Source: Gnetum montanum (Eukaryota > Plantae > Gnetophyta). From it: 64,000 nucleotides of DNA. Location: contig MNCI01002813.1 of NCBI GenBank assembly GCA_015680685.1, forward strand, positions 248,001 through 312,000. The letters are read 5' to 3'. Positions 1-12,665 of this stretch are shown piece after piece (the first letter of the stretch is position 1; every line of letters begins with the position of its first letter). Below the pieces are notes generated by a model. It did no database searches. It saw only the letters and a program-made list of their open reading frames with translations, and was not told the origin of the DNA. The position numbers were made by a program, and so were the translations under genes.

Positions 1-3000
1 CTGTCAAATCATGCAATGACCATGAATATATTGTTGGCCATTTTTTCACTACTTGTAGTAGTTGATTTTTCTATTCTTGGATGAAATTAGCATTGATAAT
101 TATTGGCTTTTCATTCTTAAGATAAGCATATTTTAATGTTGCTAGTAAATCCTTAAGGTCAAGAGGGTTTAGCTTAAAATCATTAGGGATTTTTAATTCT
201 TCACAATTCATTTCTATATTTTTGTTGGGGATTTTTTTATGAATTTCCTCCATTCCATCCATGTGGTCTATGTAAGCACTTATGAGGAGCCCAATTGGTT
301 CCATGCATATTGTTGATTCAAAATTATTATTTGTTGTCAGCTACTAGGTATCTTCTTGTTTTGTGGTTACTACATACAAGAACCATTGAATATTTGATGT
401 CTCAACATACTTATTACATGCTATTATGGATGTACTTTTCATAGCCCATATCCTTTGCACACAATGGTATCTTGTATAACTATATGCGATGCATGGGACT
501 TGCTTCTTCTCAAGCTACCTGATTTCATTTTCCTTGAATATTTCCAAAGAAATATCTCTCATCCCCATCTTGATGTTAATTATATTGACCTAAGCACTTC
601 CCATCATAATAGAAAAGTTCCGTTTGTAATTATCCACATGGATCATCAAGAAATCTACTAGATATGATTGATCATAGATGGTGGTCATAATATCTTTCAC
701 AAATTCCAAAGGAATAGAGATGCATTGGTATGCAAGTTATAGTTTGACGTTGCATTTCTTAAGTAGAGGCAAGTTCTAGGTCTTATACATCTTCTAATAA
801 ATTAAGTTCATCTCAAAACTTGCATCTAGTATACCTTTGCAGGGATCATTTCCTATAATCTACAAATAGATTAGTTGACTTCAAGGATCATATAATTTCC
901 TCAAAATGTTTCTTATCTTGATTCAATCTATGATCACATGAGTCAACATGATAGTATAAACATTTGAGGACATTTGATTTGAAGGAGGCTCGAGGATAAT
1001 TTTGGAAGTAGTTTATGTAGGATTAGTAGCCATAGATGTCTGTGAGGATTTTTGCATACTTCACTTAAAGAAAGAACTCTTTTTAGGGTTATGCTTAAAT
1101 CCACTCAAATAGCTATCCATATGTAAGTTACTTCCCTTGTGTTATTTCATTATTATGTCAGCGGTGGAATTTTTCATTACATAGGTGACACAGGTGATAA
1201 GGAATTGGTGTTAAAAAGTGCTAGATGAGTTGGTGGATATGAATGAGAATAAGTGGAGGAAGACTAAATTATTGAAGTGAGTATTCTATGATATTTTGAA
1301 TGATATTAGTGATGAGAGAAAGAAGTGTGGCGTATAGAGCCATGAAGAAACACAAGTCACTAGACATAATATCCATAAGAGTCTGCCTATCCATAAGAAA
1401 ATTGCTACTGTGGTGGTGACATCTTTCACGACTATGGGTTTTACTATTCTTGGTACTTCTTCTAAGATTTATGTAGTACCTCACTTGGATAATATTATAT
1501 TAGATGGGATTGTTACCTATAATTTATTTGTAAACAAGACAATCTCTTGGGTGATTACTTTCTTGTTAATTTTGGATTTAATGCATACACCCCATATTCC
1601 TGAAGATGTAACATTATGGGACAACATCCCTTGGAATTTTTATTTTGGTAAATTTTACATTCATCATCATCTATTTCTTAACTTATAACCTAATCCATTA
1701 TTGCAATCTTTTCTTTCTACTAATAGTAATCCCTACCTATATCTTTCCGTCTTTTATCTTTATCTTTACTTCTCTACTCTGTCTTCTCCTCTACAATTTT
1801 AAAAGCACTTTGAAACTTTTCATCCAATAAATCCCACATTTTATCCACCATAGTTGATATTTCAATATAAAATTTCTAAATCAACAATGTTTTTCCTTAT
1901 ACGACTTCATCTAGTGGTTCTTTCATTTTTGAATCATAGAAATACACCTTCCTTTTGTCAATGGAGGGATTCTTATTATATTCCTCTACACTTTTTTATT
2001 TTTTAGCTCTCCTTATTCTTTTTCCATTTTATTAATTAGCCTTTGGATCTAATTGGATGTCATTTCTTAAATTTTCTCTTAGGCATAAACCCTGAGAGTT
2101 TCTCTAGTTTTTTTTAGAGCCCATTTTTAATGTGGAAAAGCTAATCCCTTTAAGAAAATCCATGACCTTGACATTGGTGCAAGAGGAAATAGTACCTACC
2201 CAAGACTACATCCAAGAATTCATGATTTCCTTACTTTTTTAGATTCATGATTGCCCAAGGCTCCATCCTTAATTTTTTTTCCTCAAGTTGGATACTCAAT
2301 AGTATGTCGAGTACTTATTGTTGAACAACTCTAGCATCATACTCCATCTACAAATGGATTTAGTCTCCAAGGATTGGTATCAACCTTATGCTTCTTTGAT
2401 GAGTGTCCTAGGAAATAGTTTTAGCTTTTGCTATTTGTTCTTGATGTTTTGTAAGGCATAGGCTTCATGGAAGGCTTGTAATTGATGCTGAAGATTAGCA
2501 TTGTGTCATCCTTCAAACTTAGAAATATTGTTCATATCCTACCTTTTAATTCTACTATACCTCTAATGCTTGGTAGGAATTGGAACTACTTCTAAAATAT
2601 TAAGCATATTTATAGTAGCAAATAATGGCTCATCATAGTTATTGCATTAATGATTACCTCTATCATGGCCATGTCTACTATGACAAGACCTATTATGCTT
2701 CCATTCCTAATGATGCTCTTCTTCCTCTTATGGATGCCTATGATTCTAATTCTTATTATCATGATGGAACTTCCAATCATCTTTAGATCAATCCTAATAC
2801 TACTCCTTATATCTTTGTGGAAACTCCTCCTATTAGAATTTTATGATAAGAATAATGGTGAAGATGGAGGACTGGGAGAGTGGTACGAATTGGTTTGTCT
2901 CCTATGATCCTTGGACTATTCTTTCTTCTTTTATTTTTCTTTCTTTTTTTTTCTTGGATGAACAACTAGAAGATCTTTGTCTTGATGTTTTTCATACATT

Positions 3001-3061
3001 GGACTCTATCATTCCCTTACCTTGGTTATTCTTCAAGTTGATTACAACTGTTGGTAAAGGG
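1..3061 (-). mobile_element. Decayed Athila-like Ty3/gypsy retrotransposon, gag-protease-pre-RT part (copy G1)
   Basis: Minus strand 2300-2450 translates QKLKLFPRTLIKEA*G*YQSLETKSICRWSMMLELFNNKY (Retrotrans_gag-like). ORF 71-304 ends LKYAYLKNEKPIIINANF, the typical Athila-type PR-RT linker. Homologous to the plus-strand copy at 19300-22700. Confidence 0.8.
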
Positions 3062-4096
3062 TGTTAACCATCTAGTATGTCAAAACCTTGGAAAAATTCA
3101 AGAATGTAAAATTATATTTAGAGTACACATGATAAGATGATTGAATTAGAGCTCAGATAACAAAATTAAAGCTAAGCTAGGATGACAAAATGATAGCTAA
3201 TATGTCAAAACAAGATTTTGGATTCAAAGGAGGTCTACAAGCCAAATGAAAATGTTCCAAGGATTTTCAAGATGTCAAAATATGAGAGAAATGATCCAAA
3301 TTTTAAAGATAACTTGTAGACAAGACATCTTATATTGATAGAAAACATCTTAATCCTTGCAAAGACATGTCAAGATAGATGTCTCACTTTTCATGAAGAC
3401 ATATCACTAGAATTGGAGGTGTTTTTAGATAGACATCTCAACCTCGAATGAGATGTTCCAATTCCAAAGAGGTTTTGGAAACTCAAAGACTATAAAACAA
3501 AGTGGAATTCTTGGAAAATGAAAAATTACTATTCATTGGATATCAATCATTGTCCTCATCAAGTGAATTTTCTTTATTTCTCATTGTATTTATCATTTGT
3601 GTTTTGTACTTGTATTAAGAGCTTCCTTGCAAGGAATTTTTAAATAGAGTATATTCTCTACTTGATTTTTTTCTTTATTTGTAATCCTATGAGGTTCATG
3701 TGCTTCTTATGGGAAAGCATCTTTGTTGAGATTGTTGGAATCTTGAGAGGTTGAGTGTATTCATAGCAAGAAAATACTCCGGTGTGAAGCTCACATTTTG
3801 TAAAGGTTGTGGGATCCTTAAAATAATAATTTTTGAGCTTGTTGGGACCTTGGAGGATTGATTGTTTGTCCAACGAGAAAACACTTTGTGCAAAGCTCAA
3901 AAATTTCTAAAGTTTGTAGTGTCCTCTAAACCACATTTTCTAAGGAATAAATTTTAGAGATATGCAAGGATTCTATCATCTAAGTGTGGAAGTACCTAAG
4001 TTGGGGAATCATGTAAAAATTAGTGTGTGGTTTAATTGTCTTGGTTTTTTTAATTGGGAAACTTATTCAATCCTCCTTCTAAGTTCTCAATCCTCA
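3062..4096 (+). repeat. 5' LTR of copia element A
   Basis: Collinear with 11606-12665 (shared blocks such as ctcaaagactataaaacaaagtggaattct and cacattttctaaggaa). Confidence 0.85.
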
Positions 4097-4149
4097 AGCA
4101 GTATTGCAGCATGGTACTCTCAAGTTCAATGCGTCACATCTCAAGAATG

Positions 4150-5120
4150 AATAATGGAAGGAACATCCTACACCAATCCACCAATGTTTGATGAGATTGA
4201 CTTCACATATTAGAAAGCTAGAATGTAAGGATTCTTTGAATCCATGGAGTTCAAAGTCTAGGAGTCTATCCTTAAAGGTTGCATGCCACCCATTGATAGC
4301 AACACTTCAACTACCAAGCCAAGAAGTAAATGGATGCAAGATGAAAAAGATAAGTTCATGTTTGATTCTAAAGCAAAGAATTATCTTTATTGTGCTTTGA
4401 GAAAATATAAATTTAATAGAGTATATGGATGTAAGACTACTAAAGAAATTTTGGAAATGTTAAAAGAAACCTATGAAGGTACATCACTTGTAAAATAATC
4501 AAAGCTTCTAGTGTTATAAAGTGAATATGATAAATTGAAATGAGAGAAGGAGATAAGATTAAAGATTACTTTTCAAGAGTTAATGATCTTGTTGTAGTAA
4601 TTAGAGGTATGGATAAGGTTGTGATAAAAGTCATGTTATCATCAAGATGATAAAAACCTTGAAACCTAAATTCAAACCCAAGGTAATAGCCATGGAGGAA
4701 ATCATGGATTTTTTAGTCCTACAAGTTGAAGAACTACAAGATGCACCTATTACCTATGAGATGAACCTCATTAGTGAAGGTGTAATAAAGGAAAATCCCA
4801 TTGCCCTCAAATCTTCATCGAAGGAAAAAGAGACAACTGAACATGAAGCTAACAACAAAGATGAATTGGCTTTCTTGTTAAGGAGAGTACAACTATTACT
4901 TGTACGAAAAGGTAAATGATTCAATCAATCAAGCTTTAATAAATTAGGAATCAAAGGCAAGAAAGAGGTAAGAATTTTAAAATTTCAAATCTTGATGCAT
5001 CCTCTATAGAATATTGGGTTTGTAATGAAAGAGGTCATGTGGTCTTCGAATGTTTAAGTATTGGCAAGCTTCCAAAGAAGGCCTAATCCAAAGCTGCTTC
5101 TAAGAACAAAAATTTTTACC
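4150..5120 (+). pseudogene. Copia gag (UBN2/Retrotran_gag_2-like plus CCHC knuckle), frameshifted
   Basis: PPMFDEIDFTY*KARM, DSKAKNYLYCAL, CKTTKEILEMLKETYEGT, KFKPKVIAMEE, LITYEM-like motif; decayed knuckle WVCNERGHVVFEC near 5015. Confidence 0.85.
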
Positions 5121-6805
5121 CCAACTAAGTCTTGGCAACCATTTGGAACCAAATTGCCAATGACTTAGGCCTTTGGTCATGTGACCTTGGAAGTCATGGG
5201 ATGCAAAGGTGTTCTTTAAATAGTGTTTAGGTTCTTGTTGGTCTCTAGCAACACCAAGGCCCAAATACCCCCAAATAGACTCAATGGTTATGTAATGGAA
5301 TAAACATCAGTATGTGTTTACTGTAATGAATGTTGAAATGATTGGGTTGTGTATGAAACTCTAATTGGCTATCATAAAAGAAATTTAGCTAACCTTGTCA
5401 AATACTGTTAGTTGTTGAAGGTTCCTATTTTGTCAAGTCACCTAGTTTATATAGTTCTCATAGTACATTACTTGTAATAAATAAAATTTTACAAAAATGT
5501 TTAAGCACAATTCTGCCAATCTACTCCAAATTTTTCCCAAAGATAAAGTTCCACAAGAGAATTAGAAATAGAGCAAGATTCAATAGATTTATACAGAGAA
5601 AAGAAAAGAAAGTAGATTTTTGAGAATCTCAAACATTTAAGTGAGATAAATCAACATGAGGAAACACTTCACAATAAAGCTATTCCAATTTAATCTAACT
5701 ATGAATTGTCTAAACCTTCTGAGCTCAACAAGAAATTTCATAAAATACAATCTTATTAAGCTACCAAAAATGCTTCGTAAATGACAAAGTACAAGCTTCT
5801 ATTTTGGCTAGTTAATAATTGTCCAGAATTACATTCAATAAAGCCTTTAGAAAAATTTGACAATTTCAAGATTGAAATACCAAGGAAATACACTTTAAAA
5901 TAATGAAGCTATTTCAATCATCTCAAACTATCAAAGATTTTCCTAGATCCTCTACTCAAAAAGCAAATTTCATAAATACATTAATATTATATTTCTCTAG
6001 AAGCTTTTCAGCAACATAAGCTCTTTTATGGAAATCCTAATAGAAGTCTACTATTGGACAAAAACATAGCTATAAGAGCAATCTAGAAATAATTTCAAAA
6101 TTAAATGCCAAACATGATATTATCTAAATCATTAGCTAAGTAACTAAAACAAAATAAAAAAAATGAACTCACAAGATTAAAACAAAGTAGCTAAATTGAT
6201 GTCTTTAGCAAGCCATTCTTTACAAGAAATCTTCAATATTCTTCCCTCTAGATTTTCCTTCCTCTCTCTCTTATTCTACCCTTGAAGCCTTTTCATAGTG
6301 ACTCCAGGGTAGTTACAATCATCATGTGAACCTAAGGGGTGTTGCAAATATCTAGGAAATTTAATCATAACTATCTTAGGAAATTATGAGAAATTCAAGC
6401 CATAATTGAAAAGTATCTTTTGATAACAAAATATCATAGATTTTTAGTTGTAACTATCAGAGGAAGTTACAACTATAGAAATATAAGCTATAGTGGCCAA
6501 GTGTGCTATTGGATAACTATCCAATATAACTCCTTAGCATATGCAAATTTTTAAATCAATACTAATACTTCCTTGGTACACAACCAAGGGCTATCAATGT
6601 ATGGTAGCATAATAATAACCAGATTGCCTATATAAAAAAATCCAAAGTTAATTAAAAAAATGTTGTATGAATTTTTTAAAAAGAAAATTATTGAGGCCAT
6701 GTGGTTTGTAGATAACATAGGCTGGCCTAGGTAGCAAGGCTCGTGGAAGTGGTTGCGCTACATTTTGTGCAGTGCAGATCTGTGGTGGATTACTCCTTGC
6801 TTGCC

Positions 6806-6967
6806 ACCGTGTGTTACAAGCACCAATGTGAAATCCTGGCATGGCTTCTCCTCCAGACACCTTATTTTGTTCATGTTTATGTCCTTCCATAGTGACTCCA
6901 TGAAATTGGCAACATGGTCGAAGACGTTGGCTGCTGATTCACCTTCAAGGAAGTGATAGAAAAAATT
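6806..6967 (-). pseudogene. Captured exon of a plant phosphoglycerate-mutase-like (histidine phosphatase, AT74-type) gene
   Basis: NFFYHFLEGESAANVFDHVANFMESLWKDINMNKI..LVLVTHG matches the remembered family motif RFFYRFPEGESAADVFDRVSSFLESLWRDIDMNRL..LIIVSHG. It is preceded by a CAG acceptor-like site; the N-terminal RHG motif is absent. Confidence 0.8.
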
Positions 6968-8311
6968 CTGAACTGCTGGCGCATTTTCTTGATTTTCTGC
7001 ATGCATTCCTTGTATGGCGACACGTACAGGTAAGCTCTTCAATTGTCTGGAATCACTGTTCTTTGCATACCATGTAGCCCACCTAGGGAAGCGAGGTCCA
7101 TGAAAATGTGTCGTGTTACCTTTGGGCAATGTGGACCTATGGACTGCTACTACATCCCTTGTTCATCACCTAGAAATTTGGCTGCCAAATGCCTAAATTT
7201 TGCCAAAGTGGCCTTGCATGATCTAATCTTGCAGGTGTTGCAACATACAGCAAATTCACCTTGGCATTGGGTGTCATTGCCATCACTTTTATCTTTGTTC
7301 TCATATGTGTCTACATCTGCGTGCTACCCACTCACTTGCCATAATCGAAGCTGGCGTTGTCACGCTTCAAGGAGAAGCTTTCAAGGAGAAGCTTTTGCTG
7401 GATTTGCAAAACCTGGCACTGGGATGACCGCAAACATAGTTATCAAAAGAATGCATCTAGAAATGCTAAATGCTAAGTCCATGGGAGATAGTGTCGCATG
7501 GATGAGGCTACCCATGAAAACTATGCACCAGAACTATTTTGTGGTGTCTGAAGTCATCAGCAGAAATCTAGGCATTAAAGGCCACCTGTTACATGCACCA
7601 CCATCCGTCTGCTAGTGGCCTTGGCTAAAAACAATGTAGCCATGGCCCTAGGATCGATTCCACAACACAAGCTCAGCCTAATGCTGTCATAGGTTGAATC
7701 GCTCGGCTGCAAATGTGAAATGCTCCTCCTCTCGGGTGCAAAAGTGGCGGTCGCGGCAGCCATGTTGCAGGATGCCAAACTTGTCAACGAAGAGTTGCGG
7801 CAATCCATGGAGGCATGTGCCTTTGTCCTTGAAATGAGCATGCAAAATCTTCTGTCACTGTACAAAGAGAAGAGTGGGCTGACACCGTCAAGTCTTGGCT
7901 GGACGTGAATGCCCCCCAGAAAGCACACCAGGATGGCACCATCATTGTGGTGGGGATCTTTTTGTATGAACATTACAATTTAGTTGTTTGATGAGGATCA
8001 TGCAGGTTTGCTATAATTTTCATGGACTATTGTTGGTTTTAAACTTTTGTAGTAGCATAATATAAACTTAGACGGTTACTTGATTAAGCTCATTTATAGG
8101 AGTACGTATCCTTGGGTTGTTTTTAAAGGTTTGCATCAATCTGTAGGTGTTGCAAAGAGAATACAATTTTGAAACTAAAAATTCTAACACTAGAATTTTA
8201 TTAGGTGTATAAAGGAACCTCACAAGTGTCAATAATTTCCATGTATAGTATACCAAATGTGGTTCAATAATGTTTCTCACATGTATAGTGTCAACAATGT
8301 ATAGTATATAA

Positions 8312-8362
8312 ACCGGAGGCTTACTTTGTAGAAAATGTGCCGGAGGCTTACTCTGTAGAAAT
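8312..8362 (+). repeat. Short tandem duplication (about 28-bp unit, 2 copies)
   Basis: ccggaggcttactttgtagaaa and ccggaggcttactctgtagaaa. Confidence 0.8.
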
Positions 8363-8688
8363 TGATGGCACATTGAATAAACTATCCTATACGTTATTCT
8401 TGCTTTCTGGTTTGCACATATCCATTCATTTTGTATTTTTAAAGAATTGATTTTGTAAAATATGACATGTAAGTGCAATTTATCAAGTACTATTTTTCCT
8501 TGATCATGCTTTTATTTACTTCTATATTAACACCCCACCATATATTGTCTTAAAAATTAAATGGAAAATGTTTGGATGTTATAGATATATCATCTTCTCT
8601 CCTTTAAAACAACACACAAAATGGACGATAAATGGAATTCCTTTCAGTCATAAAGCTTGCTACATCAAATGGCCTAAATGTGCCAACA

Positions 8689-9550
8689 GTACAATGATGA
8701 ACAAAGTGAGGAAGAAGTAGATGATACTACAACGGACTCACATCTTATATGCATGGTTGTTACACATGAAAATTTAACACAAATCCTTGAAGATTCTAAA
8801 GGTAAAGATGAAAAAAGGTATAGTGAATTGTGTGAAGAAATTATTGCTCTACACTATCTCCTTAAAGAATTAAGGAAAAATATGTATAACAAATATCTGA
8901 ACTTTATAATTTATGCTCTATTTTAAAAATAGAACTCTCAAATGTAAAAGTTGAGGTTAAATTACTAACTCATTTTTATGAGAAAAAGTATAGGGACACA
9001 CAATATGCAAGGGCTAGCAAAAATAAGGAAGCGCCTCAAAATCAACACTACAACAAAAATCTAGAGGAAGCCTTTCAAAAGAACACTTGCAAAATTTGGT
9101 ATCATCTAAAAGGAGAAACAATATTAGGTTTCGTAATCCTATCCAAATTAGAGATACCCTATATTTTTGTTGTGAAGTATGTGGATATGAACAAGGTTAT
9201 TATCAATCATATATAGAGAAAAATAACTTGACTACTTGGTCTTGTCAAGGGGATTCTAGTAAGTATATCTTGTAGGGTACAAAAAGCATGGATAATAGAT
9301 GAACAAGAGGAAGGAATGGTCTCTAATGAAATTAAGGGAGCAAGATCCATAAGTATCAGAAATTATGAGTCCTCCCATTTTGAAGAACATAAACATGACA
9401 AAGAAGGAATCTTACATGAATTTGGAGATTCAAACAAAAATTCTAGTAAAAGAAAAGATAAGAGACAATTGTGTGCCAAGAAGGTACTCTATGATGGAGG
9501 ACCTCATCTCAAAATCTATTAATTATGTTCATGCTAGAGAGCAAGCAAGG
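8689..9550 (+). pseudogene. Gag C-terminal coiled-coil/extension of copia A
   Basis: ORF 8678-8926 (DSHLICMVV..DEKRYSELCEEIIALHYLLKELRK) is homologous to minus ORF 48068-48328 of element B. Both copies end near gatggaggacctcatctcaaa followed by an AAG|GTAAG site. Confidence 0.6.
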
Positions 9551-11605
9551 TAAGTAACAGTAGGTCTTTATTCCTTTGCTTTCTAGACTAAGTATAAAAT
9601 AGTTTATGTTTATAAATGTCAGTAGTAAGAAAATTAATAGAGTAAATGCTATTGAAAATCCTTGTTTTCCAATGAAAATATCACTTGATCTTCTAAGATG
9701 ATGAGATGCAAATGATAGCATATGATCAGCAAAATTTTAAAGGATATTGATGTGAAGGGTATCAAGACTCATAAGGTAAGGTCTAGTATGTTTACATCAT
9801 AGTATTAGAACATATATATTTTGTGATCCAATGATGTAGATAATATGCTTATTGAAGTGTAATATGTTAAAATATCAAATGGTTTGAAAGTTGATGGATG
9901 AATATATTTTTGGATCCCTAACTATATAAAATGATTTAAAGTGGTTTAGGGCTCTTAATTGATATTCTTGAATCTTTAGAGAAAGATCAAAAAGAAGTTT
10001 CTTATTGGAAGAGAAAAATTTTTTTTACTTTACTAGAATCTCTTGATATTTATCATCTTTTAAGGTACTACTAATGAGAGACTTTAAATTCAAAAGTCTC
10101 CATCCTTGATTTTAATAACTTATATAGATCTATTGATATTGATGAGATTCTAAAATGCATCTCTACAAAGGCAAGGTAAGCAAAGGAAGGAAATTCAAGT
10201 AGAAGATTCATTGCAAGACTTGGTAGAATATTAATCAGTTATGTAGGGGGAGGTTGTTTTTATATTTTGGGATCATCAATTTAGGGGGTGGGGGGTTTGG
10301 TCTTTAGAGATTCTTACTAAGACACTCAAAGTTGCAAGATTTTATTCTCAAACACCCATAGCAGAAAATGAGCAAGAAATATTTTATTCATATTGAAATC
10401 TAAAAACTTAAGCATCTTCAATGATATATAAATTAAGAAAATATTTTCGTACTCTTTTTTTAATAAAGTATTTAAGGTAATCATGAAAATTATGAAAATG
10501 ATATTACAAATTACCTTGATATATATTGCTGGTATTTAACATGGTCATATTAAATAATTTTCTTTGTGACATGATATGTATTGCTTTTAATCATTAAAAC
10601 ATCCAACATATATCAATAGTAGAGGCCTTGATCATTCTTATGGTTTTTGAGCTCTTCAAAGTAAATGTGCTATCTCTCTTCTTGAATATGAGATCTACTC
10701 ATGATAACCTTTCACTAGAGTCTAAGAAAGAGGAATAAAATGTTCTTGAGATATGATAAAGACTATTTGAAAAGACTTTTCCTTTATTACAAATATAGCC
10801 TTCATAATCATACACTCTATGCCATTATATTGATTTTTTTACTAATGGTTTATGATTCACTATTTCAGAGGTTAGTTACTTGATCTTTAATGCTCAGACT
10901 GTAGCATTCATCCTTTGGTTCATGGATATTAATTAAAAGGCTTAAATTAGTTGTGATTTTTCTTTGTTTGTAAATAGATAAGGAAAAACCTCTAATGAGA
11001 TTTAGTCTTTCATCATTAGTCCTATAAAACCTATGCTAAAGGATGTGTACTCTTTAAATGGAATCCATCACATTATCTTCCTTAGCTAAATGTTTGTGTC
11101 TCTATAGGATTATCATATAATGTTACATAGGTATGATGGAAATCTTACCTTATTAAATTTTATTAAGGATGATTGGTTAGGTACTTTTCATGCTTCCCTT
11201 CTTTTAGGTGTTGTACAAAATGGGGAGAATTTTGTGATATTGATATTGTTCATCGGTCACGATGTGTGATATTGATATTGGTCATTGAACATATTGTGTG
11301 GATTAATATTAATATTGATCATTGATCATGCTATGTGGTATATGATGTTTCTTTGTATGATGTTACTAATTTGGTTTATGCTCTTGGCTATATTATATGA
11401 TGGGCAACTCATGATATTACTATTTTTCTATTTGATCTCATGTGATTAGGATCAATGGATATGAGCCTTTACCTCCTATTTTCCACCTACACTTTCTATT
11501 TCCATAGGAATATATATATATATTTGTGTTAGTAATTTTTACATATTTTATGAAATGTGCTAACCCATGTTCTTAAGTTTTGGACATCACCAAAAAAAGG
11601 GAGAT

Positions 11606-12665
11606 TGTTAACCTTTTGGTATGTCAAAACCTTAGAGAAAATGAGAAATGTGGAATTATGCTTATATTCCTGTAGGGCTAAGAAGGAACAAGTGAGAAGA
11701 TAATTGAATGAGAGCTAATATAATAATATGAGAGCTAAGCTGGAATGACAAAATGAGAGCTAGAATTTAAACAATATCTACAAGCCAAATGAACATGTTC
11801 AAAGGATTGGCAAGATGTCAAAATGTCAAGAAATGCTCTAGAGTTTAAAGATGAATCACAAGCCAGTTGTCTCAGATTAATAGTAGACATCTCAATCCAT
11901 GTAGAGATTTATTAAGATAGCCATCTTACTTTCTAGGTAGACATCTCACAAGAATTGAAGGTGTTTTCAAACAGACATCTCAACCTCAAATGGGATGTTC
12001 TAGTTAGCTATTTTCTAGCCATTGCACAAATTCTAAGGAATTTTTTGGAACTCAAAGACTATAAAACAAAGTGGAATTCTTCGGATATGAAAAGTACTAT
12101 TCATTGGATATCAATCATTATCCTAATCAAGTGAATTGGCTTTATTCCTCATTGTATTTGTCATTTCTATTTTGTACTTATATTAAGAGCTTCATTTCAA
12201 GGAATTTGTAAATGGAGTTACATTTTTTTCTTGATTTTTTTCTTTCTTTGTAATCCCATGGGGTTTATGTGCTTCTTATGGAAAGACATATTAGTTGAGC
12301 TTATTAGGACCTTAATGGGTTGAGTGTATTTGTAGCAATGAAACACTCTAATGCAAAGATCATATTTTGTAAAGATTATGGGATCCTTGAAATTACATTT
12401 TTGAGCTTATTGGGACCTTGCAGGGTTGAGTGTTTCTCTAGAAAGAAAACATTCCATTTGAAGCTCAAAACTTTATAAAGGATATGATATCCTCTAAATC
12501 ACATTTTCTAAGGAACAAAGTTCGAAGGTATGCAATGATTCTATCTTCTAAGTGTGAAAGTACCCAAGATGTAGAACCATGTAAAACTTAGTATGCAGTT
12601 TAATTATTTTGGTTGTTTTGATTAGAGAAGTTATTCAATCCCCCATCTAAGTTCTCAATCATTAA
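11606..12665 (+). repeat. 3' LTR of copia element A, preceded by PPT
   Basis: PPT caaaaaaagggagat then TGTTAACC; collinear with 3062-4096. Confidence 0.85.

Larger units (their letters stand above)
5126..8688. mobile_element. Unclassified ~3.5-kb insertion inside copia A gag, carrying captured gene fragments
   Basis: Element A gag stops at KNKNFY (5120) and resumes at DEQSEEE..DSHLICMV (8690). These two segments are contiguous in element B (48330-48420, minus). Ends are imperfectly inverted (TCTTGGCA..TGCCAACA); no clear TSD. Confidence 0.6.
3062..12665 (+). mobile_element. Ty1/copia-like LTR element A, gag-only (non-autonomous), inserted in G1
   Basis: Paired ~1.05-kb LTRs both start TGTTAACC and end ..AAGTTCTCAATC(C/A)T(C/T/A)A. 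A PPT AAAAAAAGGGAGAT precedes the 3' LTR and copia gag follows a degenerate PBS. G1 sequence resumes on the right flank. Confidence 0.8.

Noticed and set aside
2650-2907. Hydrophobic ORFs (also 18829-19119 and 47768-48022) as membrane proteins or env
   Set aside because: They are antisense shadows of purine-rich, low-complexity gag-associated sequence.
3057-3061. TSD for copia element A
   Set aside because: Left AAGGG does not match right ATAAT; no TSD claimed.
7043-7615. 190-aa plus-strand ORF as an intact gene
   Set aside because: No coherent domain; it appears to run across unrelated fragments, with a non-ATG start.
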